Shown here piece after piece: positions 39,851 to 49,513 of a stretch of DNA of 64,000 bases; within the stretch, counting starts at the first letter, position 1; every line of letters begins with the position of its first letter. Source of the stretch: Mobula hypostoma (taxonomy: Eukaryota); the NCBI RefSeq assembly GCF_963921235.1, contig NC_086097.1, forward strand, positions 85,624,001-85,688,000, written 5' to 3'. A program made the position numbers and the translations under genes. Under the pieces are notes generated by a model. That model saw only the letters and a list, made by a program, of their open reading frames with translations, did not search any database and was not told the origin of the DNA.

Positions 39851-40416
39851 TACTCAGTGGCCACTTTATTAGGTACATCTGTACACCTACTCATGAATAC
39901 AAGCATCTAATTAGCCAAACATGCAGCAGCAACTCAATGCATAAAAGCATGCAGCCATGGTCAAGAGGTTCAGTTTTGCTAAGACCAAGCATCAGAATGG
40001 AGATGAAATGCGATCTAAGTCACTTTGACCGTGGAATGATTGTTGGTGCCAGAAGGGGTGACTCGAGTACCTCAGAAACTGTGGATCTCCGAGGATTTTC
40101 ATGCACACCAGTCTCTGAGGTTTACTGAGATTGGTGCGCAAAACAAAAAAAGTTCAGTGAGCGGTAATTCTGTGAGTGAAACTGCCTCGTTAAAGAGAGA
40201 GACCAGAGGAGAATGGCCAGAGTGTTTCAAGCTGACAGAATGGCAACAGTAACTTAAATAATCATGTGTTACAAAAATAGTGCGCAGAAGAGCATCTCTA
40301 AATGCACAACATGTCGAACCTCGAAGTGGATGGGTTACAGCACTGGAAGTCCACAAACATGCACTCAGTGGCTACTTTATTGGTACTCTTGTACCTAATA
40401 AAGTGGCCACTCAGTG
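39851..40416 (+). mobile_element. Non-autonomous Tc1 derivative retaining the transposase N-terminal DNA-binding region
   Basis: TIR actcagtggccactttattaggtac at both ends, TA after 40416; peptide KCDLSHFDRGMIVGARRG...GFS. Confidence 0.88.
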
Positions 40417-40419
40417 TAA

Positions 40420-41610
40420 CTCCAATACCTTAGTTATAATGCCCACTAAGATACTGAGGGAGGAACAGCTATGCTGGTAGATTATGGTAAGGTGTGAAAA
40501 CAATAGGGCTGTTGTCTTGGGAACCTCCAGCTTAAACCGGCACCTTTTGAGTGCAAAAGGTTTCAGTGGGGTAGAATTTATTAGGTGCCATCAGGAGAGT
40601 TTCTTAAATCAATATGTAAGTTAGTCCAACAAGAGGAGGGGCTATACTTGATCTCATGTTGGGTAATGAGTCTGTCCAGGTTTCTGACCCTTCAGTGTGT
40701 GAGCAGTGACCACAACTCCTTAAGCTTTAAGACAAATATAAATAAGTATGGAGCTTGCAAGAGAGTATTAAACCAGAGCAGGGCAAATTATGAGTGCACA
40801 AACTAGGGATAAATAACTGGAAGCAACTGTTTTTGGGCAAGTCCACATCTGACATGTAGAAGGTGTTTATAGACCAACTGCACAAAGTACAGAGCAGGTA
40901 TGTTCCAGTTGGAAGGAAGGACAAGGATGGCAAGGTTAGAGAACCTTGGATATTGAGAGAGGTGATTAATTTAGTCAAGGAGAAAAAGGAAAAGTATGTA
41001 AAGCTTCAGAATCTAGGATCAAACAGAGCCATTGAGGATTATAAAAAAAAGCCAGAAAAGAAATCATGAGGAGAATCGGGAAAGCCAAGAGGGGCCATAA
41101 AAAGTCCTTGGCAGGTCGGATTAAAGAGAATCCCAAGGCATGCTATACATACCTCCGGAGCAAAAGGCTAACTAAGAAGAAGATAGGACCACTCAAAGAT
41201 AAAGGGGAAAACATTTGCTTGGATGCGAAGGACATGGGTGAGATCCTTAATGAATACTTCATATCATTATTTACTAGGGAGAAGGATGGGAGGATAGTGA
41301 GATCAGTGCCAATAGTATTAATATAATTTTAATATATAACTTCAAAGGAGATATGAGGGGCAGATTGTTTCCCCCGCAGTGAGTGCTGGATGTCTGGAAT
41401 GCGCTGCCTGGGGTGGTGATAGATGCAGACACATTAGGATTTCTAAAAGACATTTAGATAGACACATGATTGTGAGGAAAATGGAAGGATATGGAGAGTG
41501 TGTAGGCATGAGGGATTTATTTAGTTGGCTATCTGATTACTAATTTAAGTGGTTCAGCACAACATTGTGGGCCAAGGGGCCTGTTCCTGTACTGTATGTT
41601 CTATGTCTAT
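40420..41610 (+). mobile_element. Old CR1 remnant with large internal deletion
   Basis: APE/linker remnants (SDHNSL; RIKENPKA; IGPLKD) joined directly to the 3' tail ending ctgtatgttctatg. Confidence 0.75.
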
Positions 41611-42302
41611 GCTCTATAATATAGAAGAACTTTGTACAAACCATTCACTCCAATCATGTTGGGCATTGATGCCAGATATCGCTGGCACAGAGCACATTAT
41701 CCACTGATGGGCAGGTTTATGCCAAGAATCAATCAGCACCATGGGAGTGGGAGGGGTGGGAAGAGGCAGGAGAAAAGCTGATCCAAGCCAGCCAGAGGCA
41801 AGATCGCTGTCAGTCACTGAATTCAAACAGTTATTTCTATGCAGAGGTAAATCTCACTGTTGGTGCTTATAACCAGAAAGCTAAAGTCATCTAGTCAATG
41901 GACTACTGCAATTAGAATAACTGCAGAATAGTTGGTGGTCTTTCCATCTGCTGCTTTACGCCAAGAAACTCTGAAACGCGGTTAGCTTGACTTAAGTAGA
42001 AAGCTAATGGTGCTTCTTTATGCATCAGTGGATTGCAAACTGCAAAATGTTGCAAATACCTAAAACATCTAGCATAACGCTGTCAAATGCATTAATAGTT
42101 CATTGTTTCAGTCACTTTGACAGCTTTGGAAATGTGGTCTTTGCCCAACTCAGACATTAGTTTTACCTGGACTATGGGACAGATTCAGAAAGGACATTCT
42201 TATTAAACGACCCATTCCTCAAATCTTGCCCAAAGAATCTGTTGTTATCAGTGCAAATATGCTGAAGGCATTTTGTATCCAAGATCCAATGTAGTATATT
42301 TG

Positions 42303-42769
42303 CTTAGTGTCCATTTTATTACATACAGGAGTGAAATCAGGTGTGGTTTTCTGTTGTTGCAACCAATCCACTTCAAGGTTCAATGTGTTATATGTTCAAA
42401 GATGCTCTTCTGCATATTACTGCTGTAATGTGTGGTTATTTGAATTACTGTCGCTTTCCTATCAGCTTGAACCAGTCTGGCTATTCTCTTGACCTGTCTC
42501 ATTAAAGAAGCATTTTTGCCCACAGAACTACTGTCACTTGACGTTTTTTTTTGTTTTTTCACACCATTTTCTGTAAACCCCAGAGATTGTTGTGTGTGAA
42601 AATCCTGGCAGATTACATTTCTTCCGCATTCTGATGCTTAGTCTGAACAACAACGGAACCTCTTGACCATGTCTGCATGCTTTCATGCATTGAGTTGCTC
42701 TCACATGATCAATTAATTAGCTATTTGCATTAACGAGCAGACATAAAGGTGTATCTGAAAAAGAGGAAA
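42303..42769 (-). mobile_element. Non-autonomous Tc1 derivative (same family as 39851-40416)
   Basis: Minus-strand RIARLVQADRKATVIQITTHY; degenerate TIR at both ends. Confidence 0.8.
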
Positions 42770-42864
42770 CAACAGGAATTCTGCAGATGCTGGAAATCCA
42801 AGCAACACACATAAAAGTTGCTGGTGAACGCAGCAGGCCAGGCAGCATCTGTAGGAAGAGGTAC

Positions 42865-42900
42865 AGTCGACGTTTCAGGCCGAGACCCTTCGTCAGGACT
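42865..42900 (-). ncRNA. Minimal hammerhead ribozyme, intact core
   Basis: Minus strand reads agtc-CTGACGA-agg gtctcgg cct-GAAA-c-GTC-gact, with palindromic ACGT at stem III. Confidence 0.8.
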
Positions 42901-43194
42901 AACTGAAGGAAGAGTGAGTAAGGGATTTGAAAGTTGGAGGGGGAGGGGGAGATCCAAAATGATAGGAGAAGACAGGAGGGGGAGGGATGGAGCCAAGAGA
43001 TGGACAGGTGATAGGCAAAAGGCACATGAGAGGATCATGGGACAGGAGGTCCGGGAAGAAAGACAAGGTGGGGGGGGACCCAGAGGATGGGCAAGGGGTA
43101 TATTCAGAGGGACAGAGGGAGAAAAAGGAGAGTGAGAGAATGAATGTGTGTATAAAAATAAGTAACAGATGGGGTACGAGGGGGAAGTGGGGCA

Positions 43195-43534
43195 TTAGCG
43201 GAAGTTAGAGAAGTCGATGTTCATGCCATCAGGTTGGAGGCTACCCAGACGGAATATAAGGTGTTGTTCCTCCAACCTGAGTGTGGCTTCATCTTTACAG
43301 TAGAGGAGGCCGTGGATAGACATGTCAGAATGGGAATGGGATGTGGAATTAAAATGTGTGGCCACTGGGAGATCCTGCTTTCTCTGACGGACAGAGTGTA
43401 GGTGTTCAGCAAAGCGGTCTCCCAGTCTGCATCGGGTCTCGCCAATATATAAAAGGCCACATCGGGAGCACTGGACGCAGTATATCACCCCAGCCGACTC
43501 ACAGGTGAAGTGTTGCCTCACCTGGAAGGACTGT
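43195..43534 (-). pseudogene. Penelope GIY-YIG endonuclease, C-terminal fragment
   Basis: VIYCVQCSRCGLLYIGET...RFAEHL...HFN...LEEQHLIFRLGSLQPDGMN. Confidence 0.85.
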
Positions 43535-44076
43535 AACAGGATCCCACCACTAAGCACATCTTTCCCTCCTCCCCTCTCTCTGCATTCCGCAGGGATCGCT
43601 CCCTACGCAACTCCCTTGTCCATTCGTCCCCCCCATTCCTCCCCACTGATCTCCCTCCTGGCACTTATCCGTGTAAGCGGAACAAGTGCTACACATGCCC
43701 TTACACCTCCTCCCTTACCACCATTCAGGGCCCCAAACAGTCCTTCCAGGTGAGGCAACACTTCACCTGTGAGTCGGCTGGGGTGATATACTGCGTCCGG
43801 TGCTCCCGATGTGGCCTTTTATATATTGGCGAGACCCGACGCAGACTGGGATACCGCTTTGCTGAACACCTATGCTCTGTCCGTCAGAGAAAGCAGGACC
43901 TCCCAGTGGCCACACATTTTAATTCCACATCCCATTCCCATTCCGGCATGTCTATCCACGGTCTCCTCTACTGTAAAGATGAAGCCACACTCAGGTTGGA
44001 GGAACAACACCTTATATTCCATCTGGGTAGCCTCCAACCTGATGGCATGAACATCGACTTCTCTAACTTCCGCTAA
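43535..44076 (+). pseudogene. Penelope linker plus GIY-YIG endonuclease fragment
   Basis: PGTYPCKRNKCYTC linker, then VIYCVRCSRCGLLYIGETRRRL...PDGMNIDFSNFR*. Confidence 0.85.
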
Positions 44077-44375
44077 TGCCCCACTTCCCCCTCGTACCCC
44101 ATCCGTTACTTATTTTTATACACACATTCTTTCTCTCACTCTCCTTTTTCTCCCTCTGTCCCTCTGAATATACCCCTTGCCCATCCTCTGGGTCCCCCCC
44201 CCCTTGTCTTTCTTCCCGGACCTCCTGTCCCATGATCCTCTTGTGTGCCTTTTGCCAATCACCTGTCCAGCTCTCGGCTCCATCCCTCCCCCTCCTGTCT
44301 TCTCCTATCATTTTGCATCTCCCCCTCCCCCTCCCCCTCCAACTTTCAAATCCCTTACTCACTCTTCCTTCAGTT

Positions 44376-44411
44376 AGTCCTGACGAAAGGTCTCGGCCTG
44401 AAACATCGACT
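44376..44411 (+). ncRNA. Minimal hammerhead ribozyme motif (variant)
   Basis: agtc-CTGACGA-aagg tctcgg cct-GAAA-c-ATC-gact; the ACGT palindrome is lost. Confidence 0.6.
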
Positions 44412-44489
44412 GCACCTCTTCCTACAGATGCTGCCTGGCCTGCTGCGTTCACCAGCAACTTTTATATGTGTTGTCTGAAAAAGAGGAAA

Positions 44490-44745
44490 TGGGTACCCAA
44501 GGGATGTCAGGGGTACGTTTTCCCACACAGGAAGTGCTGGGTGTGAGGAATGCACTGCCACCGGCGGTGGTGGAAGTGGATACAAAAGGGCCTTTTAAGT
44601 GCCTGTTAGATAGGTACATGGAGCTTAGAAAAATAGAGGGCTATGCACTAGGGAAATTCTAGGCAGTTTCTAGAGTAGGTTACATGGTCGGCACAACACT
44701 GTGGGTTGAAGGGCCTGTTATGTGCTGTAGATTTCTATGTTCTAT
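44490..44745 (+). mobile_element. CR1 3' tail
   Basis: ggaatgcactgcc...gaagggcctgttatgtgctgtagatttctatgttcta. Confidence 0.75.
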
Positions 44746-44747
44746 TA

Positions 44748-44982
44748 ACAGTTTCTGAGATAGTCAAACCCCCACCCCCACCCCCACCACTCCCGTCTGG
44801 TAACAACATTCATTCCATTATTAAAGACACTTGGATCACATTTCGTCCCCATTCTGATGTTCGGTCTGAACAATAACTGAACATCTTGACCATATCTGCA
44901 TGCTTTCACTTGATTGGTTGATTAGCTATTTGCATTAATGAGCAGACACAAAGGTGTACCTAAAAAAAGAGGCAACTGAGTG
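44748..44982 (-). mobile_element. Second copy of the Tc1-derivative terminus
   Basis: cagtttctgagatagtcaaacc...aggtgtacctaaaaaaagaggcaactgagtg followed by ta. Confidence 0.75.
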
Positions 44983-45540
44983 TATATGCCAAAGCATCAG
45001 GTACTAGTGAATGGACCCTTCACATCTACTTTCATGTGTTGCACCACTGCAGTGCAAGTAAAGGAAGATTAGATTTAGGGATGGGTCTAGCAACCTCAGT
45101 CTTGGAACAGGTCACAGATTCCAGGTTCAATGAGATATCAGTCTGGGGTTGAACTGAAGAGTCTGAGTGAGATTTGAGAGTGATTAACGATTCAGAGCTG
45201 GGATTAGTAGGTGGGAGGAGGACCCAAAGGAGAGGATGAAAGGAAGGGAATTAACCAAATTAGTATTGCTATCATCACCTAAACTCATCTACTGAGGCTT
45301 TATGGGTGGAAATGAGGAATAAGAAAGATATGAGCACATTAATGGGGCTATGCAGTGCAGTGCGGCAGATTTAAAAGGAACAAAGTCTCATAGAGCGGGC
45401 AGCGTAGTTTGCGGGCTGCAGAGTGAGCCGGGAGCATAGTGAAGACTTAAGGGCTTCGGCTCAACGGGCTTAGGCGGAAACGAGAGGGGCGAGGAAGGTT
45501 TGGCATTCATTTTCTGTTGTTATTTGAGGAGAGGGGCATT

Positions 45541-46476
45541 ATGACTGTGAGGGCAGTTTGCTGTTCTCGGTGTCGGATGTGGGAGGCCCTGGAGTCTCCA
45601 AGCCTCCCGGACGTCTACATCTGCGCCAAGTGCATCGAGATGCAGCTCCTAAGGGACCGCGTTACGGAACTGGAGCTGCAGCTCGATGACCTTCGTCTGG
45701 TCAGGGAGAGTGAGGAGGTGATAGAGAGGAGTTGCAGGCAGGTGGTCACACCGGGGCCACGGGAGGCAGACAAATGGGTCACGGTTAGGAGGGGGAAGGG
45801 GAAAAGTCAGGTAATAGGGAGTACCCCGGTGGCTGTGCCCCTTAACAACTGGTACTCCTGTTTGAGTACTGTTGGGGGGGACAGCTTACCCGGGGGAAGC
45901 GACAGTGGCCGTGCCTCTGGCACAGAGTCTGGCCCTGTAGCTCAGAAGGGTAGGGCAAGGAAGAAGAGGGCAGTTGTGATAGGGGACTCGATAGTAAGGG
46001 GGTCAGATTGGCGATTCTGTGGACGCAGTCCAGAGACCCGGATGGTAGTTTGCCTCCCTGGTGCCAGGGTCCGGGATATTTCTGATCGTGTCCAAGATAT
46101 CCTGAAGTGGGAGGGTGAGGAGCCAGAGGTCGTGGTACATATAGGTACCAATGACATAGGTAGGAAAAGGGATGAGGTCCTGAAAGGAGAATATAGGGAG
46201 CTAGGAAGGGAGTTGAGAAAAAGGACCGCAAAGGTAGTAATCTCGGGATTACTGCCTGTGCCACGCAACAGTGAGAGTAGGAATGCGATGAGGTGGAGGA
46301 TAAATGCGTGGCTGAGGGATTGGTGCAGGGGGCAGGGATTCAAGTTTTTGGATCATTGGGACCTCTTTTGGCGCAGGCGTGACCTGTACAAAAAGGACGG
46401 GTTACACTTGAATCCTAGGGGGACCAATATCCTGGCAGGGAGATTAGCGGGGGCTACTGAGGTGACTTTAAACTAG
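45541..46476 (+). CDS. CR1 ORF1 protein (Zn finger, coiled coil, SGNH/GDSL esterase), apparently intact, 311 aa from ATG 45541
   Basis: CSRC..CAKC, LRDRVTELELQLDDL, VVIGDSIVR, VHIGTND, DGLHLN. Confidence 0.9.
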   Translation: MTVRAVCCSRCRMWEALESPSLPDVYICAKCIEMQLLRDRVTELELQLDDLRLVRESEEVIERSCRQVVTPGPREADKWVTVRRGKGKSQVIGSTPVAVPLNNWYSCLSTVGGDSLPGGSDSGRASGTESGPVAQKGRARKKRAVVIGDSIVRGSDWRFCGRSPETRMVVCLPGARVRDISDRVQDILKWEGEEPEVVVHIGTNDIGRKRDEVLKGEYRELGRELRKRTAKVVISGLLPVPRNSESRNAMRWRINAWLRDWCRGQGFKFLDHWDLFWRRRDLYKKDGLHLNPRGTNILAGRLAGATEVTLN

Positions 46477-46481
46477 AATGG

Positions 46482-49400
46482 TTGGGGGGTGGGAATCAAA
46501 TTAAAGAGGCTAGGTGTGAGGAGGTTAGTTCACAACAGGGGGATGGGAACCAGTGCAGAGAGACAGAGGGGTGTAAAGTGAGGGTAGAAGCAAAAAGTAT
46601 TAAGGAGAAAAGTAAAAGTGGCAGGCCGACAAATCCAGGGCAAGCATTAAAAAGGGCCACTTTTCAACATAATTGTATAAGGGCTAAGAGAGTTGTAAAA
46701 GAGCGCCTGAAGGCTTTGTGTGTCAATGCAAGGAGCATTCGTAATAAGGTGGATGAATTGAAAGTGCAGATTGTTATTAATGATTATGATATAGTTGGGA
46801 TCACAGAGACATGGCTCCAGGGTGACCAAGGATGGGAGCTCAACGTTCAGGGATATTCAATATTCAGGAGGGATAGACATGAAGGAAGGGGAGGTGGGGT
46901 GGCGTTGCTGGTTAAAGAAGAGATTAACGTAATAGAAAGGAAGGACATAAGCCGGGAAGATGTGGAATCGATATGGGTAGAGCTGCGTAACACTAAGGGG
47001 CAGAAGACACTGGTGGGAGTTGTGTACAGGCCACCTAACAGTAGTAGTGAGGTCGGAGATGGTATTAAACAGGAAATTAGAAATGTGTGCAATAAAGGAA
47101 CAGCAGTTATAATGGGTGACTTCAATCTACATGTAGATTGGGTGAACCAAATTGGTAAAGGTGCTGAGGAAGAGGATTTCTTGGAATGTATGCGGGATGG
47201 TTTTTTGAACCAACATGTCGAGGAACCAACTAGAGAGCAGGCTATTCTGGACTGGGTTTTGAGCAATGAGGAAGGGTTAATTAGCAATCTTGTCGTGAGA
47301 GGCCCCTTGGGTAAGAGTGACCATAATATGGTGGAATTCTTCATTAAGATGGAGAGTGACATAGTTAATTCAGAAGCAAAGGTTCTGAACTTAAAGAGGG
47401 GTAACTTTGAAGGTATGAGACGTGAATTAGCTAAGATAGACTGGCAAATGACACTTAAAGGATTGACGGTGGATATGCAATGGCAAGCATTTAAAGGTTG
47501 CATGGATGAACTACAACAATTGTTCATCCCAGTTTGGCAAAAGAATAAATCAAGGAAGGTAGTGCACTTGTGGCTGACAAGAGAAATTAGGGATAGTATC
47601 AATTCCAAAGAAGAAGCATACAAATTAGCCAGAGAAAGTGGCTCACCTGAGGACTGGGAGAAATTCAGAGTTCAGCAGAGGAGGACAAAGGGCTTAATTA
47701 GGAAGGGGAAAAAAGATTATGAGAGAAAACTGGCAGGGAACATAAAAACTGACTGTAAAAGCTTTTATAGATATGTAAAAAGGAAAAGACTAGTAAAGAC
47801 AAATGTAGGTCCCCTGCAGACAGAAACAGGTGAATTGATTATGGGGAGCAAGGACATGGCAGACCAATTGAATAATTACTTTGGTTCTGTCTTCACTAAG
47901 GAGGACATAAATAATCTTCCAGAAATAGTAGGGGACAGAGGGTCCAGTGAGATCGAGGAACTGAGCGAAATACATGTTAGTAGGGAAGTGGTGTTAGGTA
48001 AATTGAAGGGATTGAAGGCAGATAAATCCCCAGGGCCAGATGGTCTGCATCCTAGAGTGCTTAAGGAAGTAGCCCAAGAAATAGTGGATGCATTAGTGAT
48101 AATTTTTCAAAACTCGTTAGATTCTGGACTAGCTCCTGAGGATTGGAGGGTGGCTAATGTAACTCCACTTTTTAAAAAAGGAGGGAGAGAGAAACCGGGG
48201 AATTATAGACCGGTTAGCCTAACGTCGGTGGTGGGGAAACTGCTGGAGTCAGTTATCAAGGATGTGATAACAGCACATTTGGAAAGCGGTGAAATGATCG
48301 GACAAAGTCAGCATGGATTTGTGAAAGGAAAATCATATCTGACGAATCTCATAGAATTTTTTGAGGATGTAACTAGTAGAGTGGATAGGGGAGAACCAGT
48401 GGATGTGGTATATTTGGATTTTCAAAAGGCTTTTGACAAGGTCCCACACAGGAGATTAGTGTGCAAACTTAAACACATGGTATTGGGGGTAAGGTATTGA
48501 TGTGGATAGAGAATTGGTTAGCAGACAGGAAGCAAAGAGTGGGAATAAACGGGACCTTTTCAGAATGGCAGGCAGTGACTAGTGGGGTACCGCAAGGCTC
48601 AGTGCTGGGACCCCAGTTGTTTACAATATATATTAATGACTTGGATGAGGGAATTAAATGCAGCTTCTCCAAGTTTGCGGATGACACGAAGCTGGGCGGC
48701 AGTGTTAGCTATGAGGAGGATGCTAAGAGGATGCAGGGTGACTTGAATAGGTTGGGTGAGTGGGCAAATTCATGGCAGATGCAATTTAATGTGGATAAAT
48801 GTGAAGTTATCCACTTTGGTGGCAAAAATAGGAAAACAGATTATTATCTGAATGGTGGCCGATTGGGAAAAGGGGAGGTGCAACGAGACCTGGATGTCAT
48901 TATACACCAGTCATTGAAAGTGGGCATGCAGGTACAGCAGGCGGTGAAAAAGGCGAATGGTATGCTGGCATTTATAGCGAGAGGATTCGAGTACAGGAGC
49001 AGGGACGTACTACTGCAGTTGTACAAGGCCTTGGTGAGACCACACCTGGAGTATCGTGTGCAGTTTTGGTCCCCTAATCTGAGGAAAGACATCCTTGCCA
49101 TAGAGGGAGTACAAAGAAGGTTCACCAGATTGATTCCTGGGATGGCAGGACTTTCATAGGAATAAAGACTGGATGAACTGGGCTTGTACTCGTTGGAATT
49201 TAGAAGATTGAGGGGGGATCTGATTGAAACGTATAAGATCCTAAAGGGATTGGACAGGCTAGATGCAGGAAGATTGTTCCCGATGTTGGGGAAGTCCAGA
49301 ACGAGGGGCCACAGTTTGAAGATAGAGGGGAAGCCTTTTAGGACCGAGATTAGGAAAAACTTCTTCACACAGAGAGTGGTGAATCTGTGGAATTCTCTGC

Positions 49401-49513
49401 CACAGGAAACAGTTGAGGCCAGTTCATTGGCTATATTTAAGAGGGAGTTAGATATGGCCCTTGTGGCTACGGGGGTCAGGGGGTACGGAGGGAAGGCTGG
49501 GGCGGGGTTCTGA
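46482..49513 (+). pseudogene. CR1 ORF2 (APE endonuclease + reverse transcriptase) with one frameshift (~48474) and two stops (49157-49165)
   Basis: [51 protein letters not shown]. Lesions are visible against the 34.2-kb and 61.3-kb copies. Confidence 0.93.

Larger units (their letters stand above)
42770..44473. mobile_element. Penelope-like element in inverted (foldback) configuration with 16-bp TSD
   Basis: Minus arm 42770-43534 and plus arm ~43535-44473. TSD tctgaaaaagaggaaa at 42754-42769 and 44474-44489. GIY-YIG remnant in both arms. Confidence 0.92.
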
